A DNA stretch of 64,000 nt from Haliotis rubra. Taxonomy: Eukaryota. The stretch is from assembly GCF_003918875.1 (NCBI RefSeq), contig NW_025766558.1:2976001-3040000 (forward strand), read 5' to 3'. Position 1 is the stretch's first letter. Each line of letters opens with the position of its first letter. The notes below the pieces were generated by a model. It was given only the letters and a program-made list of their open reading frames with translations, ran no database searches and was not told where the DNA came from. Of the stretch, positions 53,551-64,000 are shown one piece after another. A program made the position numbers and the translations under genes.

Positions 53551-54326
53551 ATCTTATATAATGTTGTCAAGCTGTAAAATGTACTAAAGTAAAAAGTGTT
53601 CATATATTATAAAATAATAATTGCAATATTATCATGTCATGTAATACAAATTATTGTAATTATTCAGAATTATGATTGTTTAAAAGATCTAGACATAGGT
53701 ATACCTTCAATTAGACCCTGACCTCAGCAGGCTTCAGTGATATTTGAACCAATGAATCAGCATGGTGTATAAAGGGGAACAATTAGGACTGTCTTTGCTA
53801 ACTGAAGACTGCATTATGGTGGGGAAAGTTTGTAATGACAGTGTAACATAGCATTGACACAGAGTACAATATAGTCTCACCTTCCCCTGGGGAGAAGAGA
53901 TCTGCATATCAAAACAAACACAGGAAATAAGTGTATAATATCTATAGATAGAAGGGCCTGAGGCCATGGACTAAACTCTGTCTTGATAGTGATGAAATAC
54001 TGTGTGATGTGATGACTACTTGAAATATATAAGTGTCCTTGAGAGAGGCTGTGCTCAAGGATCTGATGTCCATGGCCGTTGTGGGTCTCCATGTTGCTGT
54101 GCTGTTATATAACAGGAAAACTGTTAAAAACGGAATGGAACCAAACTCACTCACTAGCTCACTCCCACGGGTTATCATCAGCTCAATGGATGTATACATC
54201 TTAAAGGGGCACTGATATAGAAACTAATCTGTGTTTGAATGATGAATCCAACTTGCTAGTTAGCTCATGTGTTTGTCATGATGATGTAACACATGTGGTG
54301 CTGATGTTGCTGTGTGTATGTTTCAG

Positions 54327-54412
54327 TCCTACGACACTCTCCTCATCACCTCGATCTACCAGTTGTCACTCAAGCTGAAGACGTCGACAGACAGGACACT
54401 CAACAAACTAAG
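54327..54412 (+). CDS. CEP170: CEP170-like exon 8 in window (C-terminal helical region)
   Basis: Acceptor tgtttcag|, donor AAG|gtaaag, phase 0 to 2. Encodes SYDTLLITSIYQLSLKLKTSTDRTLNKLR, resembling the CEP170 C-terminal helix. Confidence 0.82.
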
Positions 54413-54419
54413 GTAAAGT

Positions 54420-56042
54420 TAGGTCACAGTAGACACATGTACTGCCAGGTCACAGTAGACACATATACTGTCAGGTCACAGTATACTAAGGTACTGTCAG
54501 GTCACAGTAGACACATATACTGTTAGGTCACAGTAGACACATATACTGTCAGGTCACAGTAGACACAGGTACTGTCAGGTCACAGTAGACACAGGTAGTC
54601 AGGTCACAGTAGACACATATACTGTCAGGTCACAGTAGACACATATACTGTCAGGTCACAGTAGACACAGGTACTGTCAGGTCACAGTAGACACAGGTAC
54701 TGTCAGGTCACAGTAGACACAGGTAGTCAGGTCACAGTAGACACATATACTGTCAGGTCACAGTATACTAAGGTACTGTCAGGTCACAGTAGACACATAT
54801 ACTGTCAGGTCACAGTAGACACATATACTGTCAGGTCACAGTAGACACATATACTGTCAGGTCACAGTAGACACAGGTACTGTCAGGTCACAGTAGACAA
54901 AGGTACTGTCAGGTCACAGTAGACACAGGTAGTCAGGTCACAGTAGACACATATACTGTCAGGTCACAGTATACTGTCACACAGTATACTAAGGTACTGT
55001 CAGGTCACAGTAGACACATATACTGTTAGGTCACAGTAGACACAGGTACTGTCAGGTCACAGTAGACAAAGGTACTGTCAGGTCACAGTAGACACAGGTA
55101 CTCAGGTCACAGTAGACACATATACTGTCAGGTCACAGTATACTAAGGTACTGTCAGGTCACAGTAGACACATATACTGTTAGGTCACAGTAAACACAGG
55201 TACTGTCAGGTCACAGTAGACACAGGTACTGTTAGGTCACAGTAGACACAGGTACTGTCAGGTCACAGTATACTAAGGTACTGTCAGGTCACAGTAGGCA
55301 CATATACTGTTAGGTCACAGTAGACACAGGTACTGTCAGGTCACAGTATACTAAGGTACTGTCAGGTCTCAGTAGACATATACTGTTAGGTCACAGTAGA
55401 CACATATACTGTCAGGTCACAGTAGACACATATACTGTCAGGTCACAGTAGACACAGGTACTGTCAGGTCACAGTAGACACAGGTACTGTCAGGTCACAG
55501 TAGACATAGGTAGTCAGGTCACAGTAGACACATATACTGTCAGGTCACAGTAGACACATATACTGTCAGGTCACAGTAGACACAGGTACTGTCAGGTCAC
55601 AGTATACTAAGGTACTGTCAGGTCACAGTAGACACATGTACTGCCAGGTCACAGTAGACACATATACTGTCAGGTCACAGTAGACACAGGTACTGTCAGA
55701 TCACAGTAGACACATATACTGTTAGGTCACAGTAGACAAAGGTTCTGTCAGGTCACAGAAGACACAGGTACTGTCAGGTCACAGTAGACACAGGTACTGT
55801 CAGGTCATAGTAGACACATGTACTGTCAGGTCACAGTAGACACAGGTACTGTCAGGTCACAGTAGACACATGTACTGTCAGGTCACAGTAGACACAGGTA
55901 CTGTCAGGTCACAGTAGACACAGGTACTGTCAGGTCACAGTAGACACAGGTACTGTCAACACAGGTACTGTCAGGTCACAGTAGACACAGGTACTGTCAA
56001 GTCACAGTAGACACATGTACTGCCAGGTCACAGTAGACACAG
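54420..56042. repeat. 26-bp minisatellite, ~60 copies, filling the intron between exons 8 and 9
   Basis: (caggtcacagtagacaca[ta/gg]tactgt)n. Confidence 0.97.
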
Positions 56043-56216
56043 AAACACATTTGACCTCATGCGAACATGCTAAGACACAATATTTGAGATTGTATTTGCG
56101 AGACTTGGTAGAATGAGCTATGTTAGGATGAGCATATTTTTGCTATGAAAATACGGACCTAGATTATGTAAACCATTTGAATCGTGTTCTTGACAGAAAC
56201 ATGTGACTGTTTTCAG

Positions 56217-56365
56217 AGAGCATAATCGTGTGAGTGCAACTCCCTCTCCCATAGACGACTTCCTCAGTCACTCGGGGAAGAACGAGATACCAGCCTGGAA
56301 GTCAGCCAATCAGGAGCTTGCTGGCATCCTAAAGAATCTACGCAAAATTGAGCATCACCAACAAG
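56217..56365 (+). CDS. CEP170: CEP170-like exon 9 in window
   Basis: Acceptor tgttttcag|, donor CAAG|gtagat, phase 2 to 1. Encodes EIPAWKSANQELAGILKNLRKIEHHQQ, resembling the CEP170 C-terminal coiled coil (EISSILQELKRVEKQLQ-like). Confidence 0.85.
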
Positions 56366-56676
56366 GTAGATAATGGTTTGCAGTCGATATGCAATAGCAA
56401 TGAGCATTGGCTTTTGGTTGCATTACTTATTTATTGAATCTGTTACCTTCTCCATGTCAGAATGATTGGTCTCGGGACTATAGTCAGGAAGTTGTAGGCC
56501 ACTAACATTCGGGGTACATGAAACAGGTCTGCTGGTGTTCACTCGCAGGTGCTTAGTTCTTTACTGTTGGATTGTTTGTGTGGGAATTTGTTTTTATAAC
56601 CAACTTGCTATAGTTTCCATACCTGTTGGAAGGTGGTATCCGTGGTGATAAAACAAACTCACGCCTCTTCTTGCAG

Positions 56677-56903
56677 TGGTACACAGAGCTCTGTTCCCTG
56701 ATGAAGACTCGCCAACTGAAGTGTCTGGAATCTCTTCAAGGGAAAAACAAAAGTACTACAAGGAAATTCAGCGGATACGGAACGAGTTGGCCGATTTCCG
56801 ATTCATTGACAAACCCGAGTGTGAGGAGGCATGGAAGAAGCAGGAAGACCCACAAGAAATGTCTCCAGACATGGAAGAAATAGGGGAAGAAGAGTTCTAC
56901 TAG
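56677..56903 (+). CDS. CEP170: CEP170-like terminal coding exon
   Basis: Acceptor ctcttcttgcag|, phase 1. Encodes VVHRALFPDEDS...EEIGEEEFY; stop TAG at 56901-56903. Confidence 0.85.
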
Positions 56904-57195
56904 TAGAAGTTATCAAAGTGAAATTTGGCTTGGACTGATCCAGGAAATATATGAGGTTATGATCTCTGTAATTACTTGAAAAATCTTTTCTCAGTCAAGG
57001 AATGTTTTTGCCGGATTTTAGTGTCATAACATCCATGAAGAGTCTGATCTTGTACCATTCTTGAGTGCCAAAGAATTTGCATGAAGAAATGTTGAACCAG
57101 CCTACTGTGATGACAGAAGTAATGACAGAAAAATCAAGAAATAACTATATGCCTTCTCAGAAATGACATTAATATATTTTCAGTTGTTAAAGATA

Positions 57196-57201
57196 AATAA
57201 A
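57196..57201 (+). promoter_or_regulatory. Candidate polyadenylation signal of the CEP170-like gene
   Basis: AATAAA about 290 nt after the stop codon, with T-rich sequence downstream. The real 3' UTR could be longer. Confidence 0.3.
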
Positions 57202-58679
57202 TGCAATATATATCAAAATGATATATTGGGCATTTTCTTTGTTCCCAAGTCACTGGTCTTGTAGGGCTACAAACAAGGGGAGGTAACTCAAGCAAATTTA
57301 GTGTCAAGTTATAAGCCACTTGTTAAAAGACATTGCTATTTACAGATTCTGAGGCATGAAATGGTTTTATTGGAAATATTGAGATATATAAATGACCTGC
57401 ATTGTGACAAGGGAGGCGTGTATTCCTCCTCCATATGGCCTGGTCTGTAAGTGCAGTCCGTTGTGGCAGTGTGCTTGTATACCCCAGCATGGCCTGTTGT
57501 CCTTCATGGTAGGCTTCATAATTTCACTTGTTCAAGATACACGTTCCTTGGTAGACTGGTTATTAAGTAAACATGTTCAAGGATTCGCTTGCTGTTATAC
57601 CAGTAATGTTCACCGTGTAACTTGTTGCTCATAGATCATGTGGAATAAGGAATTTCAAAATTATATCTCTTCTTGGAAGTATTCAAAGTTCATTGAAGGA
57701 TTTTCTGGGACAATGGGAGAATTCGTATCTATCATGGCAGCTTTTTTGTAAACCTAGGTAGTCCAAAATGTTTCCAAACCATTGAATCCACAAGCAGATT
57801 TCTGATAACATCACAAATTGTATTGCAAATTAACATTTTACATTACTTAAAACATTTTCATCTGGCTGTTAGGGGAGAAAGGATTTAGACTGGTTTTGCT
57901 CCCTTATGTATACGCCAGTATGACTTTGGTGGGATCTTTTAGGATGGTATATAAGATTTTAGTGTTCATTTTTTTTACATATCCTTCATAAATTTGTCAA
58001 CATTTCCAAATTGAGGTGAATGTTGTTAGTCCTGTGTGGGGCATTACGCTGTTTGGTAGCGCTGCACGCATTTCTTACACAGGTTCATATTATGTGTGGA
58101 TGTCTATCGTAATCAAGTCTTTCAGTGTAGTGAATTATATAAGGGTATTGTAACTAGCAGTCTCTCTCTGTGATGTGATAACTCTGAGATTCCGTACGAT
58201 GTATATGCGAGGATGTAGCAACGTCAAATATTAACACATACTGTATGTTCCTTATGTCAGATCTATAGTTCATATCATTTTGTTTCTATGAAATGTTCAT
58301 TTTTTATATTGCAAATACTAGAAGATTTTCAGCAAAAGTAATAACCTTGGCATGTGATGGGTGTAAAGTCAATGAGCTCTGCTATACAATGGTGCTGTGT
58401 GGTGTTGTAAATACATGCTTGTTTTTTGCCATTTCTTTGTGCAATGTCTGACCAGTAGCAACCCACTTGGTCACGCTCCGTGTCTGTGATATCAGAAATG
58501 TCGCCTGTCACCAATAGTGTATGAGTTTTCGTTAAACGAGAAAGCAAGGTCCACACATAGCAGCTGTGTGATGTGAAATACCCGGAGAATGACAAGGGCT
58601 TGTCGGTGAATAATACACAGCCTCTGTAATGGGGATATGATAATATGTTAAGGCTGAAATAACGTGGCACGATACAGTG

Positions 58680-58681
<2 letters not shown>

Positions 58682-58712
<31 letters not shown>
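58682..58712. repeat. (TAA)n microsatellite
   Basis: About 10 copies. Confidence 0.95.
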
Positions 58713-61430
58713 TCCATTTACATTGAACCGAATTTCACTCAAATGAATGGTCACGTGGCTGTTGTCATTTTCAACTCCCTGGGGAGTATACAACCTATGC
58801 TTCCTGGGAGGCACTTCAGTGTTAAGTCACTTTACAATGATACACTTATCTCTATAAGTATGTCTTTTAACGAGTTGATAGGTTCCAAAACTGTCTGAAC
58901 TTAATGACTTCATTCTTTGGATTATGTGTACATTTGAAACGTTGAATACAAGCACTTGTTATTGTCTTGCAATGAATCATCACATACACATGTATTTCAA
59001 AAATAATATTACTACTACCAGTAATGTAATAATCTTGCTCTGTAATGTAATATTAATAAGTATTTTTGGATTGGAGTTGTTTCAGCCATAATGTTAAGGA
59101 TTATCCTCTCCCGGGTAGTTTAGTATGGCCACTGGGCACTGCCTGCATCTATCCAGTTGTGTGAACCCACTCCTGTAACCAGGATAGGTGTGTGTAACAA
59201 CAGCCTGAATCACATATACTGGCATAGGGCACAGTTGCATGTCCTCATTCAGTGTTCAGCCTGTGACAAGAGGTAACACACAGGCTAAGAAAGGAAATAA
59301 GTAATGTCCTGCAAAGGATGGGAGTCACCAGTTAGCCACATCATCTGTTTCGGTGTTCTTCCTGCAAAGAATCTTCTGTCAGAAGGTTTCCTACTGGGAA
59401 AGACTATGTTCAGGTGATAATATCTTTCGTTGATTTTCGTTAACTTTTTTACAAATAGAGTAACATCTGGCCATGTTATGTCAGTTCTTGAATGAAATGA
59501 GATTTGCTTGTGTGACATGCAAGCTGTGGGAGTATCTATATGTAGACCCGTATCCTGCGGAGATATTGTCTCTAGCAACCCAGGAGCGACCCGTCGGGAA
59601 GCTCTTATTCATTCCAGACTGACTTAGCTCAAAGCTTGTTAACTGTAAATACATGATTGTTTTTGCAGGCCTTGTGCTGTTTTGTGTCCGTTTAATTCAC
59701 ATGCTCTTCTATATGATGCATTTGTACTTAGGAAAAGCCAGGTGAACAAATTTAACTTATTATAAACTTTCAAATTGCAATCTGTTGTTTGTTATTTCTG
59801 AGTTGTCTCTTGTGCCATTTTTAGCGATGTTCCACAGGAGATGATACCAGAAATGGACTTCATAGAATCAAACCTGGGGCCTGTGGTGTGATGAGTCACC
59901 ACTGTGACCACTAGGCCACTTCACAGCTAGTTATGGACTAAGGCATGGCACTGAACTCCATGGACACAGACACAACAAAAACATTTCTTTAGGAATTTAA
60001 TAATAACTGATATATTATGAACATGTATATATAAGGGACATCATTATCTGATAGTATAGTCATTCAAAACATTCTGGCAGCCTCAGCTACTAAATGAACA
60101 AAGATTCGAGCACTTCCAGACAAACAGAACTTGACAATCTGTTGAGTGTGGATCTGTTTTATCATGGCTTACACGACCTACTCTGCTGCTGGGCATTTCA
60201 TTGAAGAGCCATAATAACAAAGATATACTGTAACAAGGTAAGGGGGAGCAGTATCCGGCATAACAGTGACCTAATGCAGCACTTCTTAGATTGTTAAATT
60301 ACTTGTAAACATGTTTCACCATCTATATAACACCATATGCAGAATCTTTAGAATTAAGTACAACCACTTCTCCTGAGGGCGACATTTACCATGAGGCATG
60401 TCACAGAGACAAGCAACCAGTTTTGTGAGAATCCACTGAAGTGACAACATTCTGACTTTAAATCAATACAATAAGCAAGAAGACTATAATAAGCTGTAAC
60501 AAGGACAAGTGTCATCCCCTTAGTTCCCACACACCTCTTATCCTTCCTTGTCACAAAGTAAACTGATTCATCATGAAAGATATCCAAAGTTTAACGATGG
60601 TGTTCTGATCGAGCAGGTAGGCTGGCTGCAGACAGCATTAATACATTAATACCTATTGAACTGCATTTCTATGCATAATAATGGAAAAAATAAAAATACA
60701 AACTGTCAAAATTTCACAGTTTACATTATATTGTATCACTTGTGAAGTCTGTGGTCCTGCACTCAACAGGTAGGCCTTCTGTGCAAGTCTCACCACAGCT
60801 ATCAGCTGAAGCCTTGTGCCAATACAGGGCCCAGAACTCATTAAATTCACGGAGATGAAATGAAAGACTAGATATTCATGACACCCTGCACCTTCCACAC
60901 AATTTTGTCAAAAGTGGAGACGTTCTTTAAAACTGAATACATTAAGCTGGATCAAGTAAATATATTTGCAGATCTACGAGTCACAATACGTACAGCATTT
61001 CATGACTCCAGATGAAGGGTTGCGAGACTGTACAAATATAATACTTGACATTAACAACGTAATTAATTACATAATCCTGACAATACAATGTGATGTATAA
61101 CATCCATAATCATTCAGTGAACACATACCAGCTATAAAGCATGATCATGTACAATATCACATTTTTGAGTAAACCAGTCAAACATTTTCACAGAAAGAAG
61201 CACTGAACATGTGAAGCCACCTGCTTGTATGTACATGGAACAAGACACAACAGCGGTAAATACAAGAGCTGGTTGTAGCACTGGTCCGAGTTGTGATCAA
61301 GGCTGCCATCTGAGAGTACCAACATGGAGAACTAACTGATGATAAATGCCTTACAAGCCTACACAACAATCATAACGCTCTACAAATATCAACAAATAAA
61401 GACAATGTAGCTAAGGCATCATACAAACTA

Positions 61431-63206
61431 AATTGAAACCTGTCTAAAACCGGCACCCCACGGGACCAAAATAAAATGCCCGTTTAGACAGGGTGCCGGA
61501 TTAGACAGTGACGATCATTTTCCAACATGGCTGCCATTTACACTTGTCAATTTCTTTATTTCAATCCGGTAATGCACAAAACACGAGACCCAAATTTGGA
61601 TCGATAAACATCACACTTTTGTAAAATGTCCAAAATGGTTAGCCTGCCAATTTGATAGAAGAGTATCAAAGTCATTGATAAGCTGAATTTTTTAAACAAT
61701 TGTTAACTGCAAACGTGCCCGCTTAGCTGGTCTAGCCATCATGACACACAAAGTGACCGACGAGTCAGTTATTATTAAACCAATGCCTATTTATATACTC
61801 TCTGACACATTCCACTCACTTGAAAACAGTTATTGCAATCCCCCAGTGTTTATAAAGCATAAACAAGCATTGTCACTAAGGTGACATAATCCCCCGTCGC
61901 AAATTATCAAATCAAACTTAAAAAGTAATGAAAGTGAAGGTCGTAATTTAAGATGAAATTAAATGTCAACAAAAACATGACAAGTCAACCTCTCTTGATA
62001 TCTTAATCTGTAGTTGTTCAAACGCACAAATATTTTCAAGACCTTGACATAAATGTCTTAGCGTATGAAATATGCAAAAATAGTAATAAAGAAATTGCTT
62101 ATTGAAAAACATTCACGGGAAGTCTTGAAAGTCTATGAAGAAAATCCAGTGAACTGTTCATGAGATATTTCACTGACAATCTTAACATGCAGTTTAACAT
62201 GCTGAAATCTTCAGTGTCGCTGTGACCTTGACAATTATGTGAAGGTCACCAAAATCGACTGGACGTTGCACATTCCCTAGATGAAGCTTGGTGTCAAATA
62301 TGAAGAAAGTCCAGTGAATGGTTCTTGAGATATCTCGCTGACAAGCTTAACATGCAGCTTAACATGCTGAAAGTTTCAAAGTGTCGCCATGACCTTGAAA
62401 ATTAGGTGAATGTCACCAAAATCGACTGGGCCCTGCGCCTTCCCTAGATAAAGCTTGTTGCTGAATATAAAGAAAATCCAGCTAACTGTTCTTGAGATAT
62501 GCCGCTGACAAGCTTAACATGCAGGTTAACATACTGAAATCTTTAAAGTGTCGCCATGACCTTGACAATTAAGTGAAGGTCACCAAAATCGACTGGGCCT
62601 TGCGCCTTCCCTAGATAAAGCTTGGTTTTGAATATGAAGAAAATCCAGTGAACGGTTCTTGAGATATCTCGCTGACAAGGGTAAAACGTTAAAGTCCCCT
62701 TGTGACCTTAAAATGAAGGTCAAGGTCCCCAAACCTGACTGGGACCTTTCTTTTACTGTGATGAACCTAGGTACCAAATATGATAAGAATCCAGTCAACG
62801 GTTCTTAAGATATTCCAATTCATACGTATGGACGGACCCTAACACTATATCCCCCGCTTTGCGCTAAACGCACGGCGTGGGATAACAAGGAAATCCTATG
62901 AGTGTTTGATTCACCGCGCAATCACTACGTCCTGATTATCTAGCGTTCCAAGAGGCTTAATTAGTTTATGGGATTATGGGTCCTTGATTGGACTGCTCAT
63001 ACCCATGCTGGTTTAGACAGTGTTAATTACAGTTAAAATTGCTTGTTGGGACCAGAAAGTCGTTCCGGAATACGGAATAGACAGGTGCCGAGTTAGACAA
63101 TGTTTTAGTGATTATAATATCGTTGTAGAATGGCGGGACCAATATTTTATGCCGGTTTTGACAGTGTGCCGGATTAGACAGGTGTCGGTGTTGGCAGGTT
63201 TCACTG
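61431..63206. mobile_element. Tc1/pogo(Tigger)-like non-autonomous DNA element, interrupted by a nested element
   Basis: Ends TA|aattgaaacctgtc... and ...caggtttcactg|TA (CAGTGAAACCTG-type TIR). Subterminal gtgccggattagacag and cgggacca motifs occur at both ends. Confidence 0.7.
61861..62887. mobile_element. Non-autonomous Helentron/HINE-like (pearl/DINE-1 type) element with internal 167-bp tandem array
   Basis: Starts aacaag + palindrome tgtcac-taag-gtgaca + atcccccg. About 4.5 copies of a ~167-bp unit, a short GGAC microsatellite, and a terminal atcccccg with hairpin tatcccccgc...gcgtgggata. Confidence 0.75.
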
Positions 63207-63479
63207 TATACTAGGGCATCATACAAAATTATATATAATAATTTAGGGACATCAATGTATGTCTTCATTTCAAGAATCAGTAAATTGATACCAAAGCACT
63301 ATCAGAACAAAATTCTGAAGATTATACCACGTAAATATTTCACTGAGAAATATACATCTATTCACCACGGTTATGACAGACAGAATCCAATTCTATGGAT
63401 AAGCCCAGTTCATATTTTACATTGACTCACATTAACAATAATTCATTTTATTTTAATCAATACTTGGTGATTCCACCTC

Positions 63480-64000
63480 ACTATTCCGTGAAACAGGATC
63501 ACGTGAGATGTGCAATTGCGTTTAGCCATCAGTTTTGCGTTTTAGTCTACATACGCAAACTTTCGTTGACTTGAGAAGAAATCACTTTAACTAATTTGAG
63601 AACGTGAATCCCTTCAGTTGCTACATACCACAACGCTGTTTGGTGCCTAGAGAAACTTTTGCAGCTGACTAAATTGGGAGTTACACAAAGGTAACTGACC
63701 AAGACGACCGCTGGTCGTGGTTGGCTCTAAAGGTCAAAGTTCAAAATGGCGATGCCAGCAACAGGCACTGATGACTGTCCATCTGAAAAGACTGAACTTG
63801 TTAAGTCAGTGGTTTCGTAGGCAAACCGAATCGTAAGAACATTTTTGCAGCTGCGCAAAGCAAGGCAAGTTCTTCTAAATCAGACACCCAGTGCAGTCAA
63901 TATGCAAGAGACAGAACTTCAACTTTGACTAAAGAAGCCAGTGAAACAGACAGTGTCAGGCCGCCTACATTGGCTGGTCAAAGCGAAGTCATGTCGGACA
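63480..64000 (+). promoter_or_regulatory. Possible promoter or first exon of a downstream gene
   Basis: CpG-enriched; E-box TCACGTGA at 63499-63506; YY1/Kozak-like AAAATGGCG at 63743-63751; an open frame runs from 63805 off the window edge. Confidence 0.3.

Overview
Eukaryotic, AT-rich, repeat-laden genomic DNA, probably molluscan (inferred from the SINE and Helentron-type repeats). Most of the window (83-56903, + strand) holds the middle and 3' part of one large multi-exon gene encoding a CEP170/CEP170B-like centrosomal, microtubule-binding protein. I reconstructed 10 coding exons with GT-AG boundaries and matching splice phases (about 1,320 codons). They carry CEP170-family motifs: TPLYGQPDWWGE, AGTYTIE...IDRVFGVD, KWVSQWAAL, LLRDTVTVMAAMEARM and the C-terminal helical segment. 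The N-terminal FHA exons must lie upstream of the window. Introns of 18 kb and 26 kb contain three tRNA-type SINE families, several MITEs, many minisatellites and one assembly gap. Downstream, a Helentron-like element with 167-bp repeats is nested in a Tc1/pogo-like MITE, and a possible promoter or first exon sits at the right edge. I found no prokaryote-style novel system. The best leads are isoform-level: candidate internal first exons plus a GCCACCATG that could give an FHA-less short CEP170, a 14-nt microexon or alternative last exon with a perfect TACTAAC branch point, an EEEFY C-terminus resembling CAP-Gly ligands, and a satellite apparently amplified from a splice donor.
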